This document shows, in pieces, positions 8,703 through 17,767 of a stretch of 64,000 nucleotides of DNA. The number at the start of each line of letters is the position of its first letter. The first letter of the stretch is position 1. The DNA lies in contig OZ245046.1 of NCBI GenBank assembly GCA_965224245.1, positions 2,208,001 through 2,272,000 of the forward strand, written 5' to 3'. The stretch is from Candidatus Eiseniibacteriota bacterium. GTDB lineage: Bacteria; Eisenbacteria; RBG-16-71-46; CAZAMP01. The translations under genes were made by a program, and so were the position numbers. The notes below the pieces were generated by a model. The model ran no database searches. It was not told the DNA's origin and worked only from the letters and a program-made list of their open reading frames with translations.

Positions 8703-11530
8703 CAGTAGTTCCATCCGATGAAGAAGTCGCTCCGCGTCTTGGTCTCGAGCGACGTGAAGTCCGTGCGCCGGGCGAAGTCGAGCCGGAACACCAGGTAGCC
8801 CCCGAAGCTCATCCGGAGCGACGTTCCCACGCTGCCGAGCGGCGGCCAGGGCACGTCCTCGCCCGCGTTGAACAGCCAGCCCGCGTCGACGAAGAACGCG
8901 CCCTCGACGCCCGGGAACTCGACCGCGCCGAACGGGAACCCGATTACGAAGCCGTTGATGACCGGGAAGCGATACTCGTTGTTGACCAGGAGCGCCCGCG
9001 TTCCGAACAGCGACCGCCGCGGATAGCCGCGCAGGCTGTGGCTTCCGCCGAGCGTCCAGTAGCGGGGATCCGATCCGGTCGCGTACCGGCCCTGGATGCG
9101 CGTGGCCCACGTGGAGCGCTGCCGGACGCGATGATACCGACGCCAGTCGGCCAGGAGCTGCACGCTCTCGACGTCCGCCCGCGGGATGTCCACGGTGAGC
9201 CCCACCGACGCCTTGATCCGCGTTCCGTCGATCGGTCCGGTGGGCACCCAGAGCGAGTTGTCGTGCACCCACGAGAGGTAGTTCGTGGCGACCCACGCGC
9301 GCCGATCGACGCCGGTGGACTCGTTCTGCTTGTCCGAGTAGGCCAGCCCGATCGACGACTCCAGTCGCTCGAACTTCGAGAACGGGTAGTTGGCCAGGAG
9401 GCTCGCGCCGGCGCGCCGCTCGAAGAAGATGAAGTCCCGGTCGTCCCGGAAGTCGCCCGCGATGTGGTAGACGCTGTACCCGACGTTGAGGCGCTTTCGG
9501 AGGTTGAGATAGCTGAGACCGATGTTCATGCGCTTCAGGAAGTTCGAGCCTCGTTCGGAGGTGTTCCCGATCTGCGCGTACACGGCCTCGTCTCCCAGCA
9601 TGTCGGTGAACGCGAGCTGGGCGCCCTGCGCGTCGGTCAGGAGCGGATCGAACACGACGCCGCCCGCGGCGAAGTCCAGCGAGAAGCTCCGCCGGTAGCG
9701 CGCGGCCTCGGCCTTGCCGACGATCGCCGGATCGGTCCACCACCAGCCCGGCGCGACGTCGGCGTCTTCGAGGGCGACGACGTCGGTCGCGGTGCTCGAG
9801 TCGGCCCGGGCCTCCTCGAGCTCCAGCGAGTACACGTGATAGGTGCCCTTGGAGTAGCCGGTGAACAGAAGCGACTCGCCGTCGGCGGTGGGCCAGGGAT
9901 CCATGGCGCCGGTCAGGAACCGGGTCAGTCGACGGCCGTCGCCGTCGAGGTCCACCTCGTAGAGATCGGGAGAGCCCTCGCGCGTGGAGCTGAAAAACAC
10001 GCGTTCGCCGTCGGCCGAGCAACGGGGAGCGCTGTCGGTCCACGGTCCGCGTGTGAGGTAGCGTAGCTGGTGCGTCTCGACGTCGAGCACGAAGAGGTTC
10101 TTCGCGTCGTCCTCACCGTACTCGGTGCGATCGGACGAGAACACGACCGTGCGATCGTCCGACGCGAAGTCGGGGTCGGTGTCCTGATACACGTCGTGGG
10201 TCAGCCGCGAGAGCGTCTGCGTGTCGATCGCGAAGAGATAGAGATCCGAGTACGCGTCGTCCGAGAGCCCCTCGAACACGACGAGGCGCCCGTCGCGCGA
10301 CCAGGCCGGAGAGGCCAGCCCGAGCAGGTGATCGAACTGGTAGCGTCCGACGAGCCGGTGGGTCGTCAGGTCGAACACCATCAGCGCGTCGCGTTCGTGC
10401 CACTTCGAGACGAACGCCAGGCGCCCGTCCGCCGACACGTCCACCTTGCTGACGAAGGGATGGAGCGACTCGAACTGCGCATCGCGCTCGCCCTCGACGA
10501 CGATCTCGACGTCCTTCTCGGGTGCGTCGAAGGACGCGCTGTAGATGTTCGTGTAGCCCGAGCGCGGCGACACGAACAGGAGCCGTCGCTCGTCTCCCAG
10601 GATGCCCGCGGGCACCTCGATCGGCTTGAAGTTCACGCCCTTCTTGGTGAGCGCGCGCGCGGAGAGGGGGATCGACTGGCGCTCCTGGACGCGCGGGTAG
10701 AAGCTGCGCCGCTCGTGGAGATGCCAGCGCTCGGAGATCTCGGACACCGGATCGCCGGTCACCCACGCGAGCACGTCGGTGAACTCGGCGCTGATCCAGA
10801 GGTTGTCGTAGATGCGACTGATGACGTCCTCCCCGTACGTCTCGGTGAGGTAGCCCACCAGCCGCTGCCCGAGCTTGTAGAGCGTGAACGTGCCGTTGTA
10901 ACGCCAGAGCTGCTGGATCGGCGGGAGCCGGCCGTCGATCACGAAGTCGGCCAGGATCATCTCGCCCACGCCCGACCAGCGCTCGGACAGGTAGTCGGCC
11001 ATGCCCTCGGAGAACCACAGGGGGACGTGCGCGATGTTGTACCGGAAGTACTTCGTGTAGACGTTGCCGGTGAGCGCGAGCTGGAACACGTGGACGAGCT
11101 CGTGGTGGAGCGTGGTGCGGAACTGCGAGTACGAGCCGTTGAAGGGCATCAGCACCCGACCCTTCATGAACTCGGTGAGACCGGCCACGCCCTCGGGCAG
11201 GAAGAACGGCGTGACGTTGGTTTGCTGGAAGTCCTGGTGACTCGAGTACACGATCAGCGGAATGCGCCGCACGACCTCGGTGCCGAGCTGGTCGGCGAGG
11301 GCGGCATAGCTCTCCTCTGCCCACGCGAGCGTCCGGCGCGCGAGTTCCTCCTCGGCGGGGTAGAAGTAGAGATCGAAGTGGTCGGACTCGAGGACGTGCC
11401 ACTCGAAGTCGGTGTACTGGACCTTGTTCTTCCCGAACGCCGTGAACTGCGCGCCGGCGGTGGACACCAGCGCGCAGGCCGCGACACCCGTCGCGAGCAC
11501 GATCCAGCCGAGAGAACGGAAGGAGGCCAT
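8702..11530 (-). CDS. Omp85/BamA-family outer-membrane protein with N-terminal peptidase MA-like (HExxH) domain and PD40/TolB-like WD40 propeller
   Basis: Signal peptide then FGKNKVQY; HHELVH and PLWFSEG; PD40 repeats (SPAWSRDG, DPDFASDD, VFSSDR); SLRGYP Omp85 motif; ends FFIGWNY. Confidence 0.85.
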   Translation of the reverse strand: MASFRSLGWIVLATGVAACALVSTAGAQFTAFGKNKVQYTDFEWHVLESDHFDLYFYPAEEELARRTLAWAEESYAALADQLGTEVVRRIPLIVYSSHQDFQQTNVTPFFLPEGVAGLTEFMKGRVLMPFNGSYSQFRTTLHHELVHVFQLALTGNVYTKYFRYNIAHVPLWFSEGMADYLSERWSGVGEMILADFVIDGRLPPIQQLWRYNGTFTLYKLGQRLVGYLTETYGEDVISRIYDNLWISAEFTDVLAWVTGDPVSEISERWHLHERRSFYPRVQERQSIPLSARALTKKGVNFKPIEVPAGILGDERRLLFVSPRSGYTNIYSASFDAPEKDVEIVVEGERDAQFESLHPFVSKVDVSADGRLAFVSKWHERDALMVFDLTTHRLVGRYQFDHLLGLASPAWSRDGRLVVFEGLSDDAYSDLYLFAIDTQTLSRLTHDVYQDTDPDFASDDRTVVFSSDRTEYGEDDAKNLFVLDVETHQLRYLTRGPWTDSAPRCSADGERVFFSSTREGSPDLYEVDLDGDGRRLTRFLTGAMDPWPTADGESLLFTGYSKGTYHVYSLELEEARADSSTATDVVALEDADVAPGWWWTDPAIVGKAEAARYRRSFSLDFAAGGVVFDPLLTDAQGAQLAFTDMLGDEAVYAQIGNTSERGSNFLKRMNIGLSYLNLRKRLNVGYSVYHIAGDFRDDRDFIFFERRAGASLLANYPFSKFERLESSIGLAYSDKQNESTGVDRRAWVATNYLSWVHDNSLWVPTGPIDGTRIKASVGLTVDIPRADVESVQLLADWRRYHRVRQRSTWATRIQGRYATGSDPRYWTLGGSHSLRGYPRRSLFGTRALLVNNEYRFPVINGFVIGFPFGAVEFPGVEGAFFVDAGWLFNAGEDVPWPPLGSVGTSLRMSFGGYLVFRLDFARRTDFTSLETKTRSDFFIGWNY

Positions 11531-12015
11531 AAGCCGAGTTCTGTTAGGGTTTTTCATGACCCCGGCGATCATTTGTCTCGAAGCGCCGTTACCGACGCCC
11601 TCGTCGGACCCCGCGCGAGCGCACGAGATCCACTAGCGACCTACCCGAGGGTCCAGCGAGACGGGCCGCCTCTTCCCTCCTATTTGGTCTTGCTCCGGAT
11701 GGGGTTTGCCGAGCCGCCGAGGTCGCCCCCGACGCTGGTGAGCTCTTACCTCACCGTTTCACCCTCACCGGCCGACGGACCCCTCACGGAGCTCACGCCC
11801 CGAGCGGGCCCGGAGGGCCTCCTCGCACGAAGCTGGAGACACTCGACGCAACCTAGAATTACGTCACGGCTTAGGCGGTCTACTCTCTGTTGCACTTTCC
11901 GTGGGATCGCTCCCCCTGGCCGTTAGCCAGCATCCTGCCCTGTGGAGCTCGGACTTTCCTCACCGGCGTTCGGGCGCGAACGCCCGCCACCGGCGCGATC
12001 ACCCGGCCTCCTTCC
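11518..12015 (-). ncRNA. rnpB: RNase P RNA (type A, enlarged)
   Basis: GAGGAAAGTCCGAGCTC, GGAAAGTGCAACAGA, GGGTGAAACGGTGAGGTAAGAGC, GGCAAACCCC, GAGCAAG, ACAGAACTCGGCTTA; P1 formed by 12015-12005 and 11528-11518. Confidence 0.97.
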
Positions 12016-12028
12016 GAAACCAGTCGCG

Positions 12029-12057
12029 AGCATAGCGACGATGGGGCCCCTTCGCAA
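12029..12057 (-). promoter_or_regulatory. Putative sigma70 promoter of rnpB
   Basis: TTGCGA (12057-12052), 17-nt spacer, TATGCT (12034-12029), just upstream of the P1 5' strand. Confidence 0.6.
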
Positions 12058-12311
12058 AGCGAAGCCGGGAGTCCCCGCCGCTGCACGCATGGTTGTGGTA
12101 ACCGACGGCCGAGCCTGGAGTTCCGCAGAGTCCCGTCCGGTCGGTCCGACCTCACCTCATTGTCGGGCGCTCGCGGGGCGATCTCGACCTCGCAGCGCCC
12201 CGGGGCGCGACGTGCGGTCCGGGGCGATGCCCCCGTTCCCCTGATGACGGCTCGACTCCCATCCGGTCCGCGGAGAGCGCCGTACACGACCCGAAAACGA
12301 AGGAGTTCGAC

Positions 12312-14132
12312 GTGACGTCAGGGACATCGATTGCTCGTCTCGCGCCGGCCCTCGGCCTTTTCGCCGGCACCGCCGCCGCCGCCGCGCCGATCTCACCGAT
12401 CGTCGAGTTCCTCGGCCAGCGGTTCTACCTCTCCGATGCCGGCATCCCCGCCTCGCAGGACATCGCGTTTCGCCGATCCGACCAGACGATCCTGACCGGC
12501 GCGGGCCACGTGATGGTCTGCGGTGGCGCCGCGTCCGCGGCCCAGGGGGACCAGGGCATCGCGGTGGATCCCGTCACCGACGAGTTCTGGTTCGTCACCA
12601 ACACCGGGGACGTCCGGCGCATCACCGACGAAGGGGGCATGTCATTCGCGAGCGAGCGCGTGTTCCTGATCCCCGACGAGTTCACGGTTCCCGGCGTCGG
12701 CGTGCAGACCGTGCACTCCCCTCGCGGGCTGGCGCTGGACGACACACACGTGTACGTCGTGGACGCGGGACCCGACCTCGGCGAGCCGACCTCGAACGCG
12801 TGGTTCAAGTTCGAGCGGGACGGAACGCCGGTCAGCTCCAGCGCGCTCACCGACTTCACCGACCATCTCGACTTCGGCTTCGACTCGGTCGTCGACGGAA
12901 TCGCCTGGCTGCCGCCGGACGCGCCGTACGCCGCCGGGCTCTTTCTCGTCGCCGTCGAGCACAGCGGGATCGTCGTGATCGACGCGGACGGGTTCTTCGT
13001 CACCCGCATCGACTGGGACGAGGTCGGACTGCCGGCCGGCGTGATCCCGTTCGCGTTCTCGGGCGTGGCGATGGATCCGGACACGGGCGATCTGTACCTG
13101 GTCGAGAACGCAGGCAGCCTGTGTCAGGTCTGGAACCGCCTGCCGTCCGAGCCTGTCCCGGTGCTGTACGCCGCCGGCGGCGGACGCCTCCAGGTGTTCG
13201 GCCCGGACGCTCGTTGCCGCCGGAGCCTCAGCTACCCGGTTCCCGAGGACCCGGTGTTCGGCCTCGCGTATCAGCCCGAGAGCGGCCTCCTCTTCGCGGC
13301 CGCGTACAACACCGGCGAGATGTTCGCGGTCGATCCGCGCGCCGGGATCTCCACGAGCGTCGGCACGAGCATGATCAACGTCTGGGGACTCGACTGGGAT
13401 CCCTCGCGCGAGGTGTTCTTCGCCGCCCGCTCGGGTCAGCTGTACACGATCGATCCCGTCACCTACGTGGCCGACCCCCTCCCGTCACCGATCGGGTACT
13501 TCACGACCGACATCGCGTACAACCCCGACACCGATCGGCTGAACGCGATCGTGTTCATCCCGGCCCGCGACGACGCGCGCGGCGGCGACACCTGGCTGAT
13601 CGAGATCGACCCGGTGACCGGCGCCGGAGCGCCGGTCGTGACCACCGTGTCCGGTGATGGGATCGCCTACGATCCGGACTCGGGCAGCCTGATCACGATC
13701 GTCAGGGGATCCTCACACCAGTTCCACGCCGTGGATCCGTCGTCGGGTGTCGCGATGCCGCTCCCGCAGTACGGGACGCCGACGTACTGGGAAGCGCTGG
13801 CCATCGTGCCCGGCGAGAGCACGCTCCTGGGGACGCCCTCCGTGACGCCGCCGACGTCGCGCGTGACCGCCGTGCGCGCGATCCCGAACCCGACCCGCGC
13901 CGCCACGTCGTTCCTGATGCCGCCGTCGCTTCGCGGGCCCGTGCGGATGACGATCGTGGACGCCGCCGGCCGGCGTGTCGACGCCGTCGGGGTCTCACGG
14001 GTCGATGGACGCGGCTCGGTGACGTGGGACGCGCGTGACGCGGGCGGCCGGCCGATCCCGTCGGGCATCTACTACGTCGACGTCGCGACGCCGGGGGGCC
14101 GGGCCCGGGGACGCGTCATGGTGCTGCGATAG
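12312..14132 (+). CDS. Secreted two-propeller protein with C-terminal FlgD-Ig/T9SS-like sorting domain
   Basis: Signal peptide; GIAVDP/GLAYQP/GLDWDP/DIAYNP/GIAYDP repeats; C-terminal PNP..IVDAAGRRV..WDARD..G..SGIYYV. Confidence 0.75.
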   Translation: MTSGTSIARLAPALGLFAGTAAAAAPISPIVEFLGQRFYLSDAGIPASQDIAFRRSDQTILTGAGHVMVCGGAASAAQGDQGIAVDPVTDEFWFVTNTGDVRRITDEGGMSFASERVFLIPDEFTVPGVGVQTVHSPRGLALDDTHVYVVDAGPDLGEPTSNAWFKFERDGTPVSSSALTDFTDHLDFGFDSVVDGIAWLPPDAPYAAGLFLVAVEHSGIVVIDADGFFVTRIDWDEVGLPAGVIPFAFSGVAMDPDTGDLYLVENAGSLCQVWNRLPSEPVPVLYAAGGGRLQVFGPDARCRRSLSYPVPEDPVFGLAYQPESGLLFAAAYNTGEMFAVDPRAGISTSVGTSMINVWGLDWDPSREVFFAARSGQLYTIDPVTYVADPLPSPIGYFTTDIAYNPDTDRLNAIVFIPARDDARGGDTWLIEIDPVTGAGAPVVTTVSGDGIAYDPDSGSLITIVRGSSHQFHAVDPSSGVAMPLPQYGTPTYWEALAIVPGESTLLGTPSVTPPTSRVTAVRAIPNPTRAATSFLMPPSLRGPVRMTIVDAAGRRVDAVGVSRVDGRGSVTWDARDAGGRPIPSGIYYVDVATPGGRARGRVMVLR

Positions 14133-14180
14133 CCCGGCGCCCGGCGAAGCCCACGACTCGGCGCGCGGTCGATCGTCGCA

Positions 14181-14663
14181 TCAGGCCGCGCGCCCCCGGG
14201 ACGATCGGTCGCGAGCCACCGCCGACAGCAGTCCCTCGACCCGTCGTCCGATCTCGTCGCGCATCTCGCGAGCCAGGATCCAGCGTTCGTCGGGCGTCCC
14301 GGTCAGCGACGCGAAGTCGCGAACCGCCCACGCGTGACGGACGGCCCACGACCGGTACAGAGCACCCACGTGGGCCCGGAACAGCGGGCAGATCACGTGG
14401 ATGGACGCGCTGCACATCGTGACCACGTGATCGAAGCACTCACCGCGGCGGAAGCGCTCGAACACCTGAGGAGGAGGCTCGGTGTCGACCTCCTGGCCGA
14501 TCTCTCGCATCAGGCGTGACGGCAGATCCCCGATGGGTCCCGGCTCGAACGATGCGCTCTGGGCGCGGATCGCCTCTCCGCCCAGTGCCTCGGCGAAGCT
14601 CTGCGCGATCATGGCCCGTGCGCCCCGACGCGAGCAGACGAAGAGGATTCGCGACGGTGTCAT
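14181..14663 (-). CDS. ArsC (thioredoxin-type)/LMW-PTP family protein, divergent
   Basis: ILFVCSRRGAR P-loop, FDHVVTMC..ICP, MRDEI. Confidence 0.75.
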   Translation of the reverse strand: MTPSRILFVCSRRGARAMIAQSFAEALGGEAIRAQSASFEPGPIGDLPSRLMREIGQEVDTEPPPQVFERFRRGECFDHVVTMCSASIHVICPLFRAHVGALYRSWAVRHAWAVRDFASLTGTPDERWILAREMRDEIGRRVEGLLSAVARDRSSRGRAA

Positions 14664-14864
14664 GACGGCGCCCTCCCGGCTCTGAGGACTCGGATTGGGC
14701 ACACGTGTCTCAATAGCTCGGCCGGCGGAGGCAGCCGACCCAGACCGATCCCCGGGACCGGCCGAGGCCGACCGCCCGAGAGGCCGTACCGGCCGTCGCC
14801 ACCCGTTCGTGCACCGAGGGCGCGGCGGTGACGCACCGGAGCGGGTGTCGATCGGGCTGGAGGG

Positions 14865-15554
14865 CTACCGATAGAGCCCCTTCACGAACGCCCAGCTCCC
14901 GTGGTGGATCGGCACCACGCTGTCCTCGTACAGCAGAAACGCCGACTCGTACGGGACGCCGAAGACCTCGTCGTTCGGAACGAAGTCGGGCCAGCCGAAG
15001 AACTCCGACTTGAAGAGACCCTGCATGCCGTTTCCGTCACCGGTCGACTCACCCCACTGCGGCGGGAAGCAGAAGATCGCCTGGAACCCGACGAAGTACC
15101 TCTGACCGTCCGCGATCGTGAAGGGGTCGAAGTTCGCGCAGTACCCGTTGGGATCACCGAGCGTCTCGTTGTAGTCGGTCGTCGTCACCTCGTACACGAG
15201 CTCGCCGGGCACGCCACCGGTCACGCTCTCCGGGTAGATCTTGATCCGGAACGCGTCGGGTGGCAGTGGGCTCCCGCCCCAGTACACACCCCACCAGCCC
15301 GTGCCGACGAGGTCGGACCCGGCGCCGAGGAAGTCGTCGACGACCTCCGAGACGAACGGGTAGCAGACGTCGTCCTGGGACGACAGCCCGCTGAGACCGT
15401 TCGGAGGCTGCTCGTAGTAGATCTCTCCGAAGCAATCGAACGCGTCGAGTCCGTCCGACGTGACCGTGTATGGCCCCGATGCCACGCCCGGCGTCTCCGC
15501 CGCCGCAGGAAGCACGATCACGATGCACGCCACGATGCCGATCAGCTGCCTCAC
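14865..15554 (-). CDS. Secreted beta-sandwich protein with C-terminal SWxxxKxLYR tag
   Basis: GAAGGAGG RBS and GTG start; signal peptide; ends VVPIHHGSWAFVKGLYR. Confidence 0.75.
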   Translation of the reverse strand: MRQLIGIVACIVIVLPAAAETPGVASGPYTVTSDGLDAFDCFGEIYYEQPPNGLSGLSSQDDVCYPFVSEVVDDFLGAGSDLVGTGWWGVYWGGSPLPPDAFRIKIYPESVTGGVPGELVYEVTTTDYNETLGDPNGYCANFDPFTIADGQRYFVGFQAIFCFPPQWGESTGDGNGMQGLFKSEFFGWPDFVPNDEVFGVPYESAFLLYEDSVVPIHHGSWAFVKGLYR

Positions 15555-15900
15555 CGGTGCACCTCCTTCGAGTTGTCGGACCTCGGGCGGAGGCGCACGC
15601 GGCCGCCGCCGCGACGCTTCCGGTCGGGGTCGATGTCGAACCGAAAGGCGGGCCCTCTGCCGGAGTGCCCGTCGAATGGGAGATTCAAGCATCTCGGCGG
15701 GTCTCCGGCGATGATGCATCGGCATCATGAGGGACCGTGCCCACCGGTCGTGGGATCAAGCGCCCGCCGGGGTCCATCGGGGCGGTCACCGCTTCCGGGG
15801 CTGCGACGGTCGTGCGTCCGGGGTAGACTCGCGCGGTCGTGCCACTGCTTCCCGCCGCTCGGCGCGATGCCGACGGCGCCGCTCGAGAGGACGATTTCGG

Positions 15901-17016
15901 GTGATTGCGTCACGTCTTGGGCCGCGCCTCGGCCCGCTGGTCGCCGGTGTGGCCGTCCTCACCTGCTCCTGCTCCCACGCCCCGCCGGCGACATCGGACG
16001 TCGAGCCCGGCGCCATCGAGGGCGAAGCCGCCGCACGCCTCACGGACGCGCACTCCACCGGCGAGCACGGCCCCGCCCCTCGCGATACGACCGCGTCCGG
16101 CACGTTCGTGTTCGCGGCGTTCGAGGACATGGCGTGGTCACTCCGCGTGGCCGATCGCCACGGCGAGGAGGTCACGCGGATTCCCTTCGGCGGCGACGAG
16201 ATCCTCCTGGTCGGCGTGAGCGACGACGGTCACATCCTCTACTCCGACACCGCGCGATCGAACCTCGTGGCGATCGACGACTCCGGTCGCGTTCACTCGG
16301 AGTGGACCGCCGACGAGCTCGCCCGTCGGCTCGGATACCGCTGGGGCTACTCCGGCGACCCGGGGGCCGATCGCGCGGATCGGCTGACGCCGATGCGCGC
16401 ATTCCTGCACCGGGACGGCCGGCTCGAGCTGCTCGTGAAGTGCCGGATCCCCGAGCGCGCCACGACCCGTGACGGGGCGGAGTCGGAGACGTACCGCTAC
16501 GACACGATCCTCGTCCACTGGGACGCCGGCGGGCGCGAGCGGTGGCGATCGCCCGGCGGACGGATCGTGGACTTCGCGCCGTCGCCCGGCGGCGGCACGA
16601 TCCTCGCCTTCGACGTCGGTGTCCTCGAGCTCGACGACGACTCCCGACTCGTGCGCCAGGTGTCTCATCCCGCCGGCATCCGGACCATCTCGGTGTCGGT
16701 CGACGACGACGGTCGGCTCCTGGCCTGCCTCGCGATCCCCGACGGGGCTCCCGGCTTCGACGAGGCCCACGTGAGCCCGGGCAAGCCCGGCCGGATCGCC
16801 CGCGTGGGCGAGCTCGACTGGAACGGGCGATGGACGTGGTCCTTCCCGCATCCGTGCCCCGAGAGCATCCAGTCGATCCCGGGGGATCGGCTCCTGGTGG
16901 GCGGGGGCTGAAGCGAGACCGCGGCCGAGTTCGGTCGCGACGGGACGCGGGTCCGGGACTTCGACGACGCCACCGGCGGCATCGTGTTCCGGGCGCCAGT
17001 CCCGCCGGTGCGGTGA
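15901..17016 (+). CDS. Beta-propeller lipoprotein, candidate selenoprotein (TGA 16909-16911 read as Sec; otherwise ends at 16911)
   Basis: GTG start, lipobox-like VLTCSC; blade repeats continue in frame after the TGA (SETAAEFGRDGTRVRDF) to a second TGA at 17014-17016; SECIS-like hairpin. Confidence 0.65.
16921..16938 (+). promoter_or_regulatory. Putative bacterial SECIS hairpin
   Basis: GCGGCCG-AGTT-CGGTCGC: 7-bp stem, 4-nt loop with G at position 2 followed by U, 16 nt between the UGA and the loop. Confidence 0.55.
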
Positions 17017-17170
17017 GGCCGTTGCGGTCGGTCCGTTCGGGACGGGCGCCGACCGGTCCGACGGCCAGCCGCGTCTCCGGAACGAAGCCCGAGGGGTGAC
17101 GCTCGAGCCTCCTCCAGGTCGTGTCCCACGAAACCTGACGGTGCGACCTCCCCCTGATAAGATCCCCGGC

Positions 17171-17767
17171 ATGGACGATCAACGCCCACGGTCCGACGAT
17201 CCCGCGCTCGACGCCACGCAGCTCCTCGTGCGCATCGGAGACGGAGACACGGCTGCGATCGACGATCTCCTGCCTCTCGTCTACGATCAGCTCCGCGCGA
17301 TCGCGGCCCGCTCGTTTCGCGGTCAGCCGGCCGAGCACACGCTCCAGCCAACCGCGCTCGTCCACGAGGCGTTCCTGAAGATGATCCGGAACCCCGACGC
17401 GCAGTGGAAGAACAGCGGTCACTTCTTCGCGGTGGCGGCCACCGCCATGCGGCAGATCCTGACCGACCATGCGCGCGGCAAAGCCCGCGCCAAGCGCGGC
17501 GGTGACGCGGAGCACGTCTCGCTGGGTCAGGTCGAGTCGCCGTCGGGCAACGAGCGCCTCGACATCCTGGACCTCGAGCGGGCACTGACCCGACTGGCCT
17601 CGTTCGACCCCCGACAGGCCCGGATCATCGAGCTCTGGTTCTTCGCCGGGCAGACCGTCGAGGAGATCGCCGGCATCCTCCAGGTGTCGAGCCGCACGAT
17701 CCGCCGCGACTGGATGCACGCCCGTGCGTGGCTGAACCGCGAGCTCGCTGGAACCGGACCTGCATGA
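17171..17767 (+). CDS. ECF sigma factor, TIGR02999/ECF43-like (kinase-associated)
   Basis: LLPLVYDQLRAIA, HTLQPTALVHEAFLK, AMRQILTDHAR..KRGG, RDWMHARAWL. Confidence 0.92.
   Translation: MDDQRPRSDDPALDATQLLVRIGDGDTAAIDDLLPLVYDQLRAIAARSFRGQPAEHTLQPTALVHEAFLKMIRNPDAQWKNSGHFFAVAATAMRQILTDHARGKARAKRGGDAEHVSLGQVESPSGNERLDILDLERALTRLASFDPRQARIIELWFFAGQTVEEIAGILQVSSRTIRRDWMHARAWLNRELAGTGPA

Noticed and set aside
8703-10043. N-terminal extension of the 835-aa ORF 7536..10043
   Set aside because: Off-frame overlap with the Omp85 gene; the PQQ-propeller protein plausibly starts at ATG 8702
12016-12120. Partial resemblance to a c-di-GMP-I riboswitch (AAACC..CGCAAAGC..GACGGCCGAGC) upstream of 12312
   Set aside because: Core spacing is broken, and the segment is better explained as the minus-strand rnpB promoter
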